42,666 nt of DNA from Patescibacteria group bacterium. GTDB lineage: Bacteria; Patescibacteriota; Kazan-3B-28; UBA10110. This document shows positions 33,969 to 42,666 of the stretch, piece after piece. Numbering within the stretch: position 1 is the stretch's first letter; every line of letters starts with the position of its first letter. A program made the position numbers and the translations under genes. The stretch spans positions 1 through 42,666 of the forward strand of contig JBAZHL010000002.1 in the NCBI GenBank assembly GCA_041652335.1, given 5' to 3'. The notes under the pieces were generated by a model. It saw only the letters and a list, made by a program, of their open reading frames with translations. It was not told the DNA's origin and made no database searches.

Positions 33969-36449
33969 ATGGACGGATACAACTATTTAGACAAGTTCAC
34001 CACTAACGCAAAAAAGGTACTCACCAATGCCCAAAAAGTGGCGCGAGATTTAAGCGCGGCTCATTTAGGTACTGAGCACCTATTGTTAGCGATGTTAAAT
34101 GTTCGGGGCGGTTCTGCCTACGAGATTTTGCATAGTTTTGGAGTAAGTGCAGAACGAGCCAATATGATCATCGGCTTAGCTCAGCAGAGCTCTGGCAATA
34201 AGATCGGCTTGACTCCCGGTGCGCGAAGATTGGTGGAGACAGCAGTGCTAATGGCAGCCCAACACGGCAGCTACTACATCGGTACGGAGCATCTGTTGAT
34301 GGCGATGGTGCAAGACAAAAACAGTGAGGCCTATCGTTTGCTCAGAGAGCTGGGGGCGGATCTCACTGAAATCTCCAAACTATCCTTAGAAACTATTCGG
34401 GCCTCTGCTTCCGAAATGGCTGGGGCGGGGGTAGCTAAAGCGGGCGGTAAGGCCAAGTCGGGCAAGCAATCTGATACCCCGATCTTAGATACCTATAGTA
34501 TCGATCTGACCATTATGGCTAAAGAGGGGAAGATCGATCCGATCGTCGGGCGGGATAATGAGATCAAGCGAGTGATCCAAATTCTTAATCGGCGGACTAA
34601 AAATAATCCGGTATTGATCGGCGACCCCGGCATTGGTAAGACGGCGATAGTGGAGGGTCTGGCTATCAAGGTGGTTAACCACGAAGTGCCGGAGAATCTG
34701 GCCAACAAAAGATTAATGGTGTTAAATCCTTCGGCGATGGTAGCGGGCACTAAGTACCGCGGAGAGTTTGAGGAACGAATTAATCAGATCGTCGACGAAG
34801 TGCGTAAGACCAAAGACGTAATTTTGTTTGTTGATGAATTGCATACTTTAGTAGGGGCGGGTAGTGCCGAGGGCAGCTTGGACGCCGCCAATATTTTAAA
34901 GCCGGCGTTGGCGCGGGGTGAGCTTCAGTTGATCGGTGCCACTACCACCGATGAATATAGAAAGCATATTGAGAAAGACCCGGCCTTAGAGCGACGTTTC
35001 CAGCCGATCTTAGTTAAAGAGCCGACGCCTCAAGAGACGGTTGGTATCTTGATGGGGATCAAAGAAAAATACGAGGAGCACCACAAAGTAACTATCCCGG
35101 CCGAAGCCATTGACGCGGCGGTGGGGCTATCGGTTCGCTACATTAATGATCGTTATCTACCAGACAAAGCGATCGATCTGATCGATGAGGCAGCTTCGGC
35201 AGTTCGGATCGCGGCTGGGTTAGCCCATCCCAAAACGGCGGGGGAACGAGCCGAGTTAGAACAGATAGTTAAAGATAAAGAAACGGCGGTTGAGCAACAA
35301 GACTACGAGAAGGCAGCAAAACTTCGGGCATCCGAGCTACGATTGCAAAAGAAGATCGATGCCGCCCAAAAAGAGAAGGCAGATGATAACAAAGATACCT
35401 GGCCTAAGGTAACCGGAGAGGAGATCGCCAAAGTAGTTTCACTCTGGACTAATATCCCGGTGGGAGAGTTGGCGAGCGAGGAGATTAAAAACCTGAGCGA
35501 TTTAGAAAGCGCCTTAAAGGGTCGGATTATTGGCCAAGATGAAGCGGTGACAGCGGTTGCCTCGGCTATTCGTAGGTCACGGGTCCAGATCGGTAATCCT
35601 AATCGGCCGATGGGATCGTTTATGTTTTTGGGTCCGACGGGAGTAGGTAAAACTGAGCTGGCCAAGGTCTTAGCCGAAGAGGTGTTCCAGGATAAAGAAG
35701 CGCTGATTCGGATCGATATGAGCGAATTTATGGAGAAACATAATGTAGCCAGATTGGTTGGGGCGCCGGCCGGTTATGTTGGCTACGAGGAGGGCGGGAA
35801 ACTGACTGAGGCGATTCGGCGTAAGCCCTACTCGGTGGTTTTGTTGGATGAGATCGAAAAGGCTCACCCCGATGTAATGAATATTTTGTTGCAGATATTA
35901 GAAGATGGATTTTTGACTGATGCCAAGGGGCGCCGAGTTAGTTTCCGTAATACGGCTATTATCTTAACCTCTAATGTCGGTACTGGCCTGTTAAATCGTC
36001 AGGCTGCCATTGGCTTTAGGGAAGAGAACGCGGCAGCCAGCCAGAGCGATTATGAAAGGTTGCAAGGCCAGGTAATGGACGAGTTAAAAAAGACCTTCCG
36101 GCCGGAACTCCTGAACCGCATTGATAAGATCGTGGTATTTCATCCTTTGAATCAAAAGGATATCCGAAGGATAGTTGACCTGCAGATCCAGCAATTAGCT
36201 GAGCGATTAGAAAAACAAAGAATTGGGTTAGAGGTCAGCGGCCCGGCCAGAGATCTAATCGCCGCGCAAGGTTTTGACCCAGAGAGCGGGGCGCGGCCGG
36301 TTCGGCGAGTAATTCAAAATTTGATTGAGGATCAGTTAGCTGAGGCGATTCTCAGGGGTGAATTTAGCAAGGGTGCCAAGGTTCAGGTGGATAAGCGGGG
36401 TAGCAAATTGGTGTTATCCGGGGGTAAAATTAAGGTTGCCCACAGGTAG
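33969..36449 (+). CDS. clpC: ClpC-type AAA+ chaperone/Clp protease ATP-binding subunit
   Basis: Clp_N repeats, two Walker A sites ([16 protein letters not shown]), UVR-like linker. Confidence 0.9.
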   Translation: MDGYNYLDKFTTNAKKVLTNAQKVARDLSAAHLGTEHLLLAMLNVRGGSAYEILHSFGVSAERANMIIGLAQQSSGNKIGLTPGARRLVETAVLMAAQHGSYYIGTEHLLMAMVQDKNSEAYRLLRELGADLTEISKLSLETIRASASEMAGAGVAKAGGKAKSGKQSDTPILDTYSIDLTIMAKEGKIDPIVGRDNEIKRVIQILNRRTKNNPVLIGDPGIGKTAIVEGLAIKVVNHEVPENLANKRLMVLNPSAMVAGTKYRGEFEERINQIVDEVRKTKDVILFVDELHTLVGAGSAEGSLDAANILKPALARGELQLIGATTTDEYRKHIEKDPALERRFQPILVKEPTPQETVGILMGIKEKYEEHHKVTIPAEAIDAAVGLSVRYINDRYLPDKAIDLIDEAASAVRIAAGLAHPKTAGERAELEQIVKDKETAVEQQDYEKAAKLRASELRLQKKIDAAQKEKADDNKDTWPKVTGEEIAKVVSLWTNIPVGELASEEIKNLSDLESALKGRIIGQDEAVTAVASAIRRSRVQIGNPNRPMGSFMFLGPTGVGKTELAKVLAEEVFQDKEALIRIDMSEFMEKHNVARLVGAPAGYVGYEEGGKLTEAIRRKPYSVVLLDEIEKAHPDVMNILLQILEDGFLTDAKGRRVSFRNTAIILTSNVGTGLLNRQAAIGFREENAAASQSDYERLQGQVMDELKKTFRPELLNRIDKIVVFHPLNQKDIRRIVDLQIQQLAERLEKQRIGLEVSGPARDLIAAQGFDPESGARPVRRVIQNLIEDQLAEAILRGEFSKGAKVQVDKRGSKLVLSGGKIKVAHR

Positions 36450-36460
36450 TTCTTCGACAA

Positions 36461-37462
36461 TTGGGGCGTAGGGATTTATCTAATTATTTTTATCTAATGT
36501 TGTTTTCTCAAGTATTCGGTATTATTGTTTTGCTATTGGTGGTGACCTATTTCTTGTTTGCGAGAAAGTCGCTCGAGATCAAGGCCGCCGATTTTGTGAT
36601 CGCTACTTTAGGGGTGGTGGTGGGGCTGTCGATCGGCGCATTGATCTCGGTTCCGCTCAGTCGGATCGAAGGGCCGTTTGGCCAATGGCTGCCTATATTG
36701 GTCAATGTGTTTAGCGTAGCGATCATTACCACCTATGCCTATAACCAGAGGGTAACCATTACCAAATCGGTTGGCCGGTTTTTTGACACCTTAGTTAATG
36801 CCACTGTCAGGCGTGAACTAACCCCTGCCCACGACGGAACAGATGTGATCTTAGATACCTCGGTGATCATCGATGGAAGAATCTTAGAGGTGGTGCGCAC
36901 TGGGTTTTTGAGCGCTCGTCTGATTTTACCAAAGTTTGTTTTAGAAGAATTGCAGGGTATTGCCGATTCGGCGGACGATCTCAGGCGGAGTCGTGGTCGG
37001 CGCGGATTGGATATACTAAGCGAGCTTAAAAAAGATAAGAATATTGTTATCAAGGTGATTGATGAAGACTTTCCTTCTGAGGTAGAGGTGGACGCCAAGA
37101 TCCTTAAGTTAGCCCGGAAGCTAAAGGCTCGATTGATGACGGTAGACTATAATCTCAATCGGGTTGCTCAAATCCAAAATGTCACGGTGCTTAATATCAA
37201 CGAGCTAAATAACGCTCTGCGGCCAGTGGTGTTGCCAGGTGAAAAATTGCATATCAAGTTAGTCCAAGAGGGTAAGGACAGAACTCAGGGCGTGGGATAT
37301 TTAGACGATGGCACAATGGTGGTGGTTGAAGGGGGGAGCCGTCTGATCGGCAAAGAGGTGGATGTCACGGTTACCAGAGTGTTTCAGACGATCGCTGGCA
37401 AGATGATCTTTGCGGTGCCAGAGGGGGAGAGGGAGCGCTACGCTGTAGGCAGCCGTCGTTAA
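36461..37462 (+). CDS. yacL: PIN/TRAM-domain membrane protein (YacL-like)
   Basis: N-terminal TM helices, PIN-like VILDTSVIIDGRI, C-terminal TRAM-like GKEVDVTVTRVFQTIAGKMIFA. The TTG start comes from the ORF track and an ATG at 36497 is an alternative. The position after clpC matches Firmicutes synteny. Confidence 0.8.
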   Translation: MGRRDLSNYFYLMLFSQVFGIIVLLLVVTYFLFARKSLEIKAADFVIATLGVVVGLSIGALISVPLSRIEGPFGQWLPILVNVFSVAIITTYAYNQRVTITKSVGRFFDTLVNATVRRELTPAHDGTDVILDTSVIIDGRILEVVRTGFLSARLILPKFVLEELQGIADSADDLRRSRGRRGLDILSELKKDKNIVIKVIDEDFPSEVEVDAKILKLARKLKARLMTVDYNLNRVAQIQNVTVLNINELNNALRPVVLPGEKLHIKLVQEGKDRTQGVGYLDDGTMVVVEGGSRLIGKEVDVTVTRVFQTIAGKMIFAVPEGERERYAVGSRR

Positions 37463-37482
37463 TATTGGCTGATATGTACATC

Positions 37483-37511
37483 TTGACTTCGGGGTGATTT
37501 TATGGTATAAT
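37483..37511 (+). promoter_or_regulatory. near-consensus sigma70 promoter
   Basis: TTGACT (37483..37488), 17-nt spacer, TATAAT (37506..37511), 36 nt upstream of the ATG at 37548. Confidence 0.65.
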
Positions 37512-37547
37512 TAAAAAACATCAAAATCGGTTAACTGTATCCGGTAG

Positions 37548-38885
37548 ATGGGAAAACAAATACAAAAATTTATCTGGAAGTTACTTGAGCGTGAGCTAAT
37601 GACGGTGTTGGCTGTCTCTTTTATTGGCTTGACGGTCTTATTTACTCAGGCGGCCACTACCAATCTTTCTTTTACTATTACCCCTGCCGGTGGTAACACC
37701 GTTACAGTCACTGCTCCTAATGGCGGAGAGAGCTGGACGATCGGGGAAACCAAAACCATCACTTGGACCAGCACGGGATCGGTTTCGGACGTTAGAATTG
37801 AGTTACAGCGATCAACTGGCGGTAGTTGGGAAGAGTTGATTGCCTCCACTACCGATGACGGTAGCTACCCGTGGGTAGTAACCGGATCGGCTACCACTGA
37901 AGCGATCGTTAGAATTAGCGAGGTTGGTGCTCCTACGGTTACTGATAGCAGCAACGCGGTCTTCTCGATAGTGGCTGCGGCGGTTAGTGGCGGTGGCGGT
38001 GGTTTTCAAGTAGAACCGGCACCCTATCAACCAGTTATCGATTCAGTTACCCCTCGTTCGTTCGGCAACTATGTGGCTACAGAGATAGTTCTGCGGGGTG
38101 TTAATTTTAGCGATGGAGCAACGGTGAGGTTGGGCGATCACCCGCTATCCACTCGATATATCTCCAGCACTGAGGTAAGGGTAACGGTACCGATCAACTT
38201 CCCGACTGGATCCTACACGATATATCTGACCAATCTTAGTGGGTATCAGAGCATGTATGGATTACCAGTAGCGGTGTATAAATTAACCGTGGCGCCACCC
38301 AGCACTGGCGGAGTTAATGAGATCTATTTAGCCAAATGGGTACGACAGTCTACTACCAGATTAACTCTCCAGCCGAGTGAAGAGGCGACGGTATGGGTGG
38401 AGTTCAAAAACATCGGGAATATGCCCTGGATGGCCACCGGTGATCACCCGGTTAGACTGGGTGTGACTAACCCCCAGGATCACATCAGCGTGCTTCGGGG
38501 GAGCAACTGGGTAGTGGATAATCGTCCGGCTGTGATGCAGGGAATGAACAACGCCGATCCGCAGGTAGTTAATCCTGGTGAAACGGCGAGGTTTACTTTT
38601 ACGCTCAAAGCGCCCACCAGAGCTGGTCGATACAAAGAATCATTCTTGACGGTAGTGGAATACAAAACCTGGATGAAAAGCAAGGTGGCGGTGTTTAACC
38701 TAAATGTAGTAGTCAAAAAAATAACCACCCGACCAACACTACCCAGCACTGGTGGGGAAGTTGGTGAGACACCGAGCCAGTCGGTTCTGTTTCTCGATGG
38801 TACTGAAAAATTATTTAGCCAAATTGCCCGCGGAGCCAGCGATCTGTGGGGAGTTATTACCAAATTGTTTGGCTGTTGGCGTTAA
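37548..38885 (+). CDS. secreted mosaic surface protein (Kre9/KNH-like Ser/Thr-rich module, IPT/TIG-like module, NBR1-type Ig-like module)
   Basis: TM/signal segment. VTAPNGGESWTIGETKTITW. VIDSVTPRS...VLRGVNFSDGATVRLG. A C-terminal module (VRLGVTNPQD...NWVVDNRPA...NPGETARFTF) homologous to the repeats in 13977..16355. Confidence 0.55.
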   Translation: MGKQIQKFIWKLLERELMTVLAVSFIGLTVLFTQAATTNLSFTITPAGGNTVTVTAPNGGESWTIGETKTITWTSTGSVSDVRIELQRSTGGSWEELIASTTDDGSYPWVVTGSATTEAIVRISEVGAPTVTDSSNAVFSIVAAAVSGGGGGFQVEPAPYQPVIDSVTPRSFGNYVATEIVLRGVNFSDGATVRLGDHPLSTRYISSTEVRVTVPINFPTGSYTIYLTNLSGYQSMYGLPVAVYKLTVAPPSTGGVNEIYLAKWVRQSTTRLTLQPSEEATVWVEFKNIGNMPWMATGDHPVRLGVTNPQDHISVLRGSNWVVDNRPAVMQGMNNADPQVVNPGETARFTFTLKAPTRAGRYKESFLTVVEYKTWMKSKVAVFNLNVVVKKITTRPTLPSTGGEVGETPSQSVLFLDGTEKLFSQIARGASDLWGVITKLFGCWR

Positions 38886-39973
38886 ACGTTGAACTTAAAG
38901 TAAGTAACGTCGCCATCCTGCATCACGTATTCTTTGCCCTCTTGTCTAACCAAGCCTAATTCGGAGGCGTGCTTCATAGAGCCAGCCGAAATCAGATCAT
39001 GATAGCCAACGATCTCGGCACGGATGAATCCGCGTTCAAAGTCTGTGTGAATTACTCCGGCAGCCTGGGGGGCTTTGGTCCCGGTTTTAATAGTCCAGGC
39101 CCTCGTCTCGTCCGGTCCGGTGGTGAGGAAGGTGATCAGATCTAATAATTTATAGCCCGCTTTGATCACTTTGTTTAGACCCGGTTCGTCTAACCCCAGC
39201 TCGGTTAGATATTCGGCTTGCTCAGTAGGAGATAGCTCTGCCACCTCGGCCTCGATCTTAGCGTCGATAGCCACCAGGTTGGCTCCTTCGGCGTTGGCCA
39301 GTTCGCGAAGGGGGACCAGAGCCGATTCGTCCTTTAGCTGGGTAGCTTCCACATTGGCAACATAGAGGATGGGTTTGGCCGACATCAGCTGGAGTTCTTT
39401 TAGCCAAATTTTTTCCTCGTCGGTCGTAACGATATTGCGGGCCCCCACACCCTGCTCCAAATGTTGTTTAACCCGCGCGCAGAAGGCAGCTACGGGTTTT
39501 AGTTTAGGATTAGTCTTGGATTCTTTCTCCATTTTTGGCACATGCTTTTCCATTGTCTGGAGATCGGCTAACATCAGCTCGGTGTTGATGGTCTCCACGT
39601 CATCTTTGGGTGAGATGGTTCCGCTAACGTGGATGACATTGGGGTCGGGGAATAATCGTACTACCTCGATGATGGCGTCTACCTCACGGATGTGCGAAAG
39701 AAATTTATTACCCAGCCCTTGGCCTTCGTTGGCGCCCTTAACTAATCCAGCAATGTCGACAAACTGGATGGCGGTCGGCACAGTTTTGGCTGAACTCTCC
39801 ATCTTGGTCAAAACGTCCAACCGTTCGTCTGGTACGGGAACGACACCCACATTGGGTTCGATAGTACAGAACGGAAAATTGCTGGCGGCGGCCTGTGCTT
39901 TACCCAGTAGGGCGTTAAATAGGGTAGATTTTCCAACGTTGGGTAGGCCAACGATGCCGATAGATAGGGCCAT
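38882..39973 (-). CDS. ychF: redox-regulated ATPase YchF
   Basis: GIVGLPNVGKSTLFNAL P-loop, a full-length YchF pattern, and a TGS-like C-terminus ending YFKFNV. Confidence 0.95.
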   Translation of the reverse strand: MALSIGIVGLPNVGKSTLFNALLGKAQAAASNFPFCTIEPNVGVVPVPDERLDVLTKMESSAKTVPTAIQFVDIAGLVKGANEGQGLGNKFLSHIREVDAIIEVVRLFPDPNVIHVSGTISPKDDVETINTELMLADLQTMEKHVPKMEKESKTNPKLKPVAAFCARVKQHLEQGVGARNIVTTDEEKIWLKELQLMSAKPILYVANVEATQLKDESALVPLRELANAEGANLVAIDAKIEAEVAELSPTEQAEYLTELGLDEPGLNKVIKAGYKLLDLITFLTTGPDETRAWTIKTGTKAPQAAGVIHTDFERGFIRAEIVGYHDLISAGSMKHASELGLVRQEGKEYVMQDGDVTYFKFNV

Positions 39974-39981
39974 ATGCTTAG

Positions 39982-40054
39982 GTCATTCCCGCGAAGGCGG
40001 GAATCTATAAAATAAAAATATTTCTGTCTGGATTCCCGCCTTCGCGGGAATGAC
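39982..40054. repeat. pair of 24-bp palindrome-containing repeats in perfect inverted orientation (ATTCCC-N8-GGGAAT type)
   Basis: GTCATTCCCGCGAAGGCGGGAATC (39982..40005) and its exact reverse complement (40031..40054), separated by a 25-nt AT-rich spacer. Confidence 0.9.
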
Positions 40055-40089
40055 GGAGAGGATTGAGGATGACCCCGATGGGATCGGGG

Positions 40090-40650
40090 TCAATTAGCTC
40101 TTTCAATATATGAGCCGCCCCGGGTATCGATTAACAATGTATCGCCGACCTTGATGAACATGGGGACCTTGAGGGTGAGGCCGGTCTCCAGAGTGGCGTT
40201 TTTAGATGGGTTGGTGACTGTGTCGCCTTTAACGGCTGGGTCGGCTTCGGTAACCTTAAACTTCATTTTGGCAGGTAGCGAGATGCTGATCGGTCGCCCT
40301 TGGTAGTAACGAATCTCGATGTCTTGCCCCTCTATAAGATAATAAATATCTTGGCCCAGAGTTCCGCGAGAGATGGGGAACTGCTCGAAGGTGGCTGTAT
40401 CCATAAAGGTGTAGTCATTACCATCTTGATAGAGGAATTGAGCTTTGCCTTTAGTAATATCGGCAGCCTCAAATTTTTCTTCACCGTGGAAGGTGCGTTC
40501 GATGTTGCTACCGGTTAGTAAGTTTTTAAGGGTAGTCCGCAAAACCGCTCCGCCTCGTCCCATTTTGGAGTGCTGATATTTTACGACTTCGTACGGGGCG
40601 CCCTCTAATTCGATGACGACCCCGGTTTTAAGATCGGTGATGCTGAACAT
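40090..40650 (-). CDS. efp: elongation factor P
   Basis: 186 aa and alignable along its full length to EF-P. The loop reads KMGRGGA in place of KPGKGQA. Confidence 0.95.
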   Translation of the reverse strand: MFSITDLKTGVVIELEGAPYEVVKYQHSKMGRGGAVLRTTLKNLLTGSNIERTFHGEEKFEAADITKGKAQFLYQDGNDYTFMDTATFEQFPISRGTLGQDIYYLIEGQDIEIRYYQGRPISISLPAKMKFKVTEADPAVKGDTVTNPSKNATLETGLTLKVPMFIKVGDTLLIDTRGGSYIERAN

Positions 40651-40652
40651 AT

Positions 40653-40913
40653 TTAATAAGGGATGAACGGCATCAGAGCCATAAACCGACTCTTTTTGAT
40701 AGCAGCCGAGATCATGCGTTGATGCTTGGCGCAGGCGCCACTCCGTCGCCGTGGTTCGATCTTGGCGTAGCGGGAGATATATTTAGACAACATCTTGGCA
40801 TTCTTAAAATCGATGTAGTCGATCTCTTCTTTGCAGAAGTAGCAATACTTCTTAGTGGGTAAGTTGTATCGTGGGAAGGTAGCTGGTTTACGAGGTTTTT
40901 TGTGTAGTGCCAT
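40653..40913 (-). CDS. rpsR: 30S ribosomal protein S18
   Basis: CYFCKEEIDYIDFKN...ISRYAKIEPRRRSGACAKHQR, the S18 signature. Confidence 0.95.
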   Translation of the reverse strand: MALHKKPRKPATFPRYNLPTKKYCYFCKEEIDYIDFKNAKMLSKYISRYAKIEPRRRSGACAKHQRMISAAIKKSRFMALMPFIPY

Positions 40914-40916
40914 AGT

Positions 40917-41387
40917 TTAAAATGGTATATCTTCTATATCTATTTCGTCTGACTTGGGGGCGCTGACAGCGCCGACTGGCTCGCCGACTGCTGGGGCGGA
41001 TTGGGTCACTGGCGCGGTTTCGGTACTGCTCTGATCGTTGTTCCAACCCATGGATTGAGGGCGATCCAGCACGATCACATCGGAGGCGATCACCTCGGTC
41101 TTATAGCGCTTAACGCCGTCTTGGCCTTCCCAGTTGCGGGTTTGTAGGCGACCTTCGACATAAACGCGCCGACCTTTTTTCATGATCTGGCTAACCACTT
41201 CGGCTAATTTACCCCAAGCCACGATGTCGGTGTACTCTACTGCCTTCTGTAGTTGGCCGGCGGCATCATTCCAGGCTCTATTGGTGGCGATGGCAAAGGA
41301 GGCCACACTTTGACCATTGGGAGTGGAACGGAGCTCCGGGTCACGGGTCAGATTTCCGATCAGCATCACTTTGTTGAGATCACGCAT
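40917..41387 (-). CDS. ssb: single-stranded DNA-binding protein
   Basis: LNKVMLIGNLTRDPELR OB-fold start and an acidic tail ending DIPF. Confidence 0.95.
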   Translation of the reverse strand: MRDLNKVMLIGNLTRDPELRSTPNGQSVASFAIATNRAWNDAAGQLQKAVEYTDIVAWGKLAEVVSQIMKKGRRVYVEGRLQTRNWEGQDGVKRYKTEVIASDVIVLDRPQSMGWNNDQSSTETAPVTQSAPAVGEPVGAVSAPKSDEIDIEDIPF

Positions 41388-41427
41388 AGCTTTTTAGTTA
41401 AAAACAATAAAGCTTTTATTTAACGGT

Positions 41428-41961
41428 TTACTCTAAGTCGGCCTTTAAGGCCTCCTCGATCTTTTGGTCTAATTCTTCTTTGCTGATAGGTTCGGTCGGC
41501 TCGGCAGCTACAGTGGGCTCGATTACAGCTGGTGCTGGTTTAACTGTCGGCCGGGCTTCCATCACTGGGGCCATCTTCTCTTTAACTCCAGCTGCGATCA
41601 TCTGTTCTTCTTTTTCGGGAGTGAACAACTGATCGGGGGTGATACCTTCTTTTTCCAACGAGATCACTATGTGGCGCAGTACATCCGGTGCCAGTTCCAG
41701 CTCGTGAGTTAACACGGCGATGGCCTCTGGCCCGATGTTAAAGACAAAGGTGCGGTAAAAACCAAACTCGTTACCCTTGATGATATAGGCTAACTTCTTC
41801 TTGCCCCAATCGCTGGTATCGATCAGCTCACCACCTTTGGCGGTGATGGAGGCTTTAATCCTCTCGGCTGCCTTTTCCGCATCAAACTCCGACAGATCGG
41901 AGGAAATGATTACGGTCAGCTCGTAGGTCTTCTTAACGATTTCGATATCTGCCATAAGCAA
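41428..41961 (-). CDS. rpsF: 30S ribosomal protein S6 with ~75-aa C-terminal extension
   Basis: YELTVIIS...GFYRTFVF S6 core. Conserved rpsF-ssb-rpsR order. Confidence 0.9.
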   Translation of the reverse strand: MLMADIEIVKKTYELTVIISSDLSEFDAEKAAERIKASITAKGGELIDTSDWGKKKLAYIIKGNEFGFYRTFVFNIGPEAIAVLTHELELAPDVLRHIVISLEKEGITPDQLFTPEKEEQMIAAGVKEKMAPVMEARPTVKPAPAVIEPTVAAEPTEPISKEELDQKIEEALKADLE

Positions 41962-42030
41962 AAGGTTCCTTTCCCATGGGGATCCCCGGGCGAAAGCCGG
42001 GGGAAAAGGTTAACAATATAAGGTAAGATG

Positions 42031-42060
42031 AGTATAAGGTGAAGCCCGGCTTTTAGTCAA
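42031..42060 (-). promoter_or_regulatory. candidate promoter of the rpsF-ssb-rpsR operon
   Basis: Minus strand: TTGACT (42060..42055), 18-nt spacer, TATACT (42036..42031). This leaves a leader of about 60-70 nt before the rpsF ATG. Confidence 0.5.
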
Positions 42061-42123
42061 CCCCCTTTCGGGGTAGAATAGCAGGTGCTTGATAAGAGGT
42101 GATTTTAACCTTAAATAGGGTCT

Positions 42124-42213
42124 GGAGAGGTCGCATAGTGGCCTAGTGCGCTCGCTTGGAAAGCGGGTATACTCGCAAGGGTATCGAGGGTTCGAATCCC
42201 TCCCTCTCCGCCA
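42124..42213 (+). tRNA. tRNA-Ser(GGA), CCA encoded
   Basis: Acceptor GGAGAGG/CCTCTCC, anticodon stem CTCGC/GCGGG with loop TTGGAAA, long variable arm, T-arm GAGGG-TTCGAAT-CCCTC. Confidence 0.9.
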
Positions 42214-42240
42214 TAATTTATAGTAGCTAATCTAAAAAAT

Positions 42241-42666
42241 ATGGATGACCAAACTCAGAGTGATAAGGTATGTTGCCCCAAGTTCGATTCTGCGAGATGG
42301 GACGAGAAGGTGTTCAACTGGGAGAATAAGCCATTTATCAAAGAGACCATACCGACATTTTTCCATATGCCCCTTCCGTCGATGATTGGTAGTGCTATTA
42401 CCAAGATGTGGAAGATGGTAGAGGATACCAAAATGGTGCCGGCCGATAAGGAAAGCGTCTTGATATTGTTCTCTGACCCAACGGCTTTTCGGTCGGAGAT
42501 TCATCTTTCAACGACCGGGGCAGTCCCGGGGGCTAACAATGTGACTATGTCCGGAACTTTTGTCGCTAAGGTTTTTGACGGCGGATACAATGCCATTCCG
42601 AAGTTTATAAAGCAGATGGATGAGTATCTGACCGGCAAAGGACAAAAGGCAAAAGGATATTACATC
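42241..42666 (+). CDS. conserved hypothetical protein, N-terminal part (runs off the window end)
   Basis: Not in the ORF track because it has no stop. The frame is open for 142 codons from the ATG at 42241 (MDDQTQSDKVCCPKFDSARWDEKVFNWENKPFIKE...). The composition looks like a real protein. From memory, the CCPKFD..W...W.nK.F start recurs in uncharacterised proteins of anaerobes and methanogens. Confidence 0.55.
   Translation, partial: MDDQTQSDKVCCPKFDSARWDEKVFNWENKPFIKETIPTFFHMPLPSMIGSAITKMWKMVEDTKMVPADKESVLILFSDPTAFRSEIHLSTTGAVPGANNVTMSGTFVAKVFDGGYNAIPKFIKQMDEYLTGKGQKAKGYYI

Noticed and set aside
39369-40010. 213-aa (+) ORF ending in LGHSREGGNL
   Set aside because: It is antisense to the well-supported ychF gene. 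Its tail is just the translation of the palindromic repeat.
42232-42504. 90-aa (-) ORF
   Set aside because: It is antisense to a longer, better-looking plus-strand frame that stays open to the window end.
1-42666. CRISPR arrays, transposases, integrases, toxin-antitoxin pairs or known defence systems
   Set aside because: I found no regularly spaced repeats and no protein with recombinase, transposase or defence hallmarks. The PIN/TRAM and YraN genes are in conserved housekeeping synteny (after clpC and after rnhB), not in defence contexts.
1-42666. Apparent abundance of GATC and CGATCG
   Set aside because: This is a visual impression only. It may simply reflect ATC/GAT/CGA codon preferences, and I cannot compute observed/expected ratios here.

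Overview
This is a compact, gene-dense bacterial chromosomal segment with about 90% coding sequence and many 1-4 nt stop/start overlaps.

Most genes are housekeeping: leuS, trpS, dnaE, nusA, clpC, rplS, rnhB, yraN, ychF, efp, rpsF-ssb-rpsR, galU, a phosphomannomutase, comF and five tRNAs. The gene content suggests an ultra-small, Patescibacteria/CPR-like organism. The supporting features are T4SS-type pilins, many large secreted repeat proteins, a SpoIID fusion and cell-surface glycan genes. This assignment is inference, because no database search could be run.

Two things stand out.

1. A Gram-positive-type type IV secretion-like core sits at 1..5280. It comprises a VirB4 split into two translationally coupled ORFs, a PrgI/VirB3-like protein, and a VirB6-like protein with a roughly 560-aa hydrophilic tail. 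It is flanked by large surface proteins. Two VirB2/TrbC-like pilins lie 5 kb away in an hsp20-galU-SBP operon. No relaxase, integrase or coupling protein is visible in the window.

2. Partial tRNA 3'-end copies recur just downstream of four of the five tRNA genes. Two of them, at tRNA-Ser(GCU) and tRNA-Ala(GGC), share a conserved roughly 50-nt core. The core is bracketed by sequence matching the T-stem of whichever tRNA it follows. It looks like a miniature tRNA-targeted element or a structured RNA that I cannot assign to any known class.

Smaller items include:
- a 24-bp perfect inverted pair of ATTCCC-N8-GGGAAT palindromes upstream of ychF
- an 18-bp inverted repeat in the trpS divergent intergenic region
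- a promoter-plus-terminator leader in front of nusA
- an Arg-type EF-P
- a decayed tRNA-Ala duplicate

All protein family calls come from motif recognition by eye and need HMM or BLAST confirmation.
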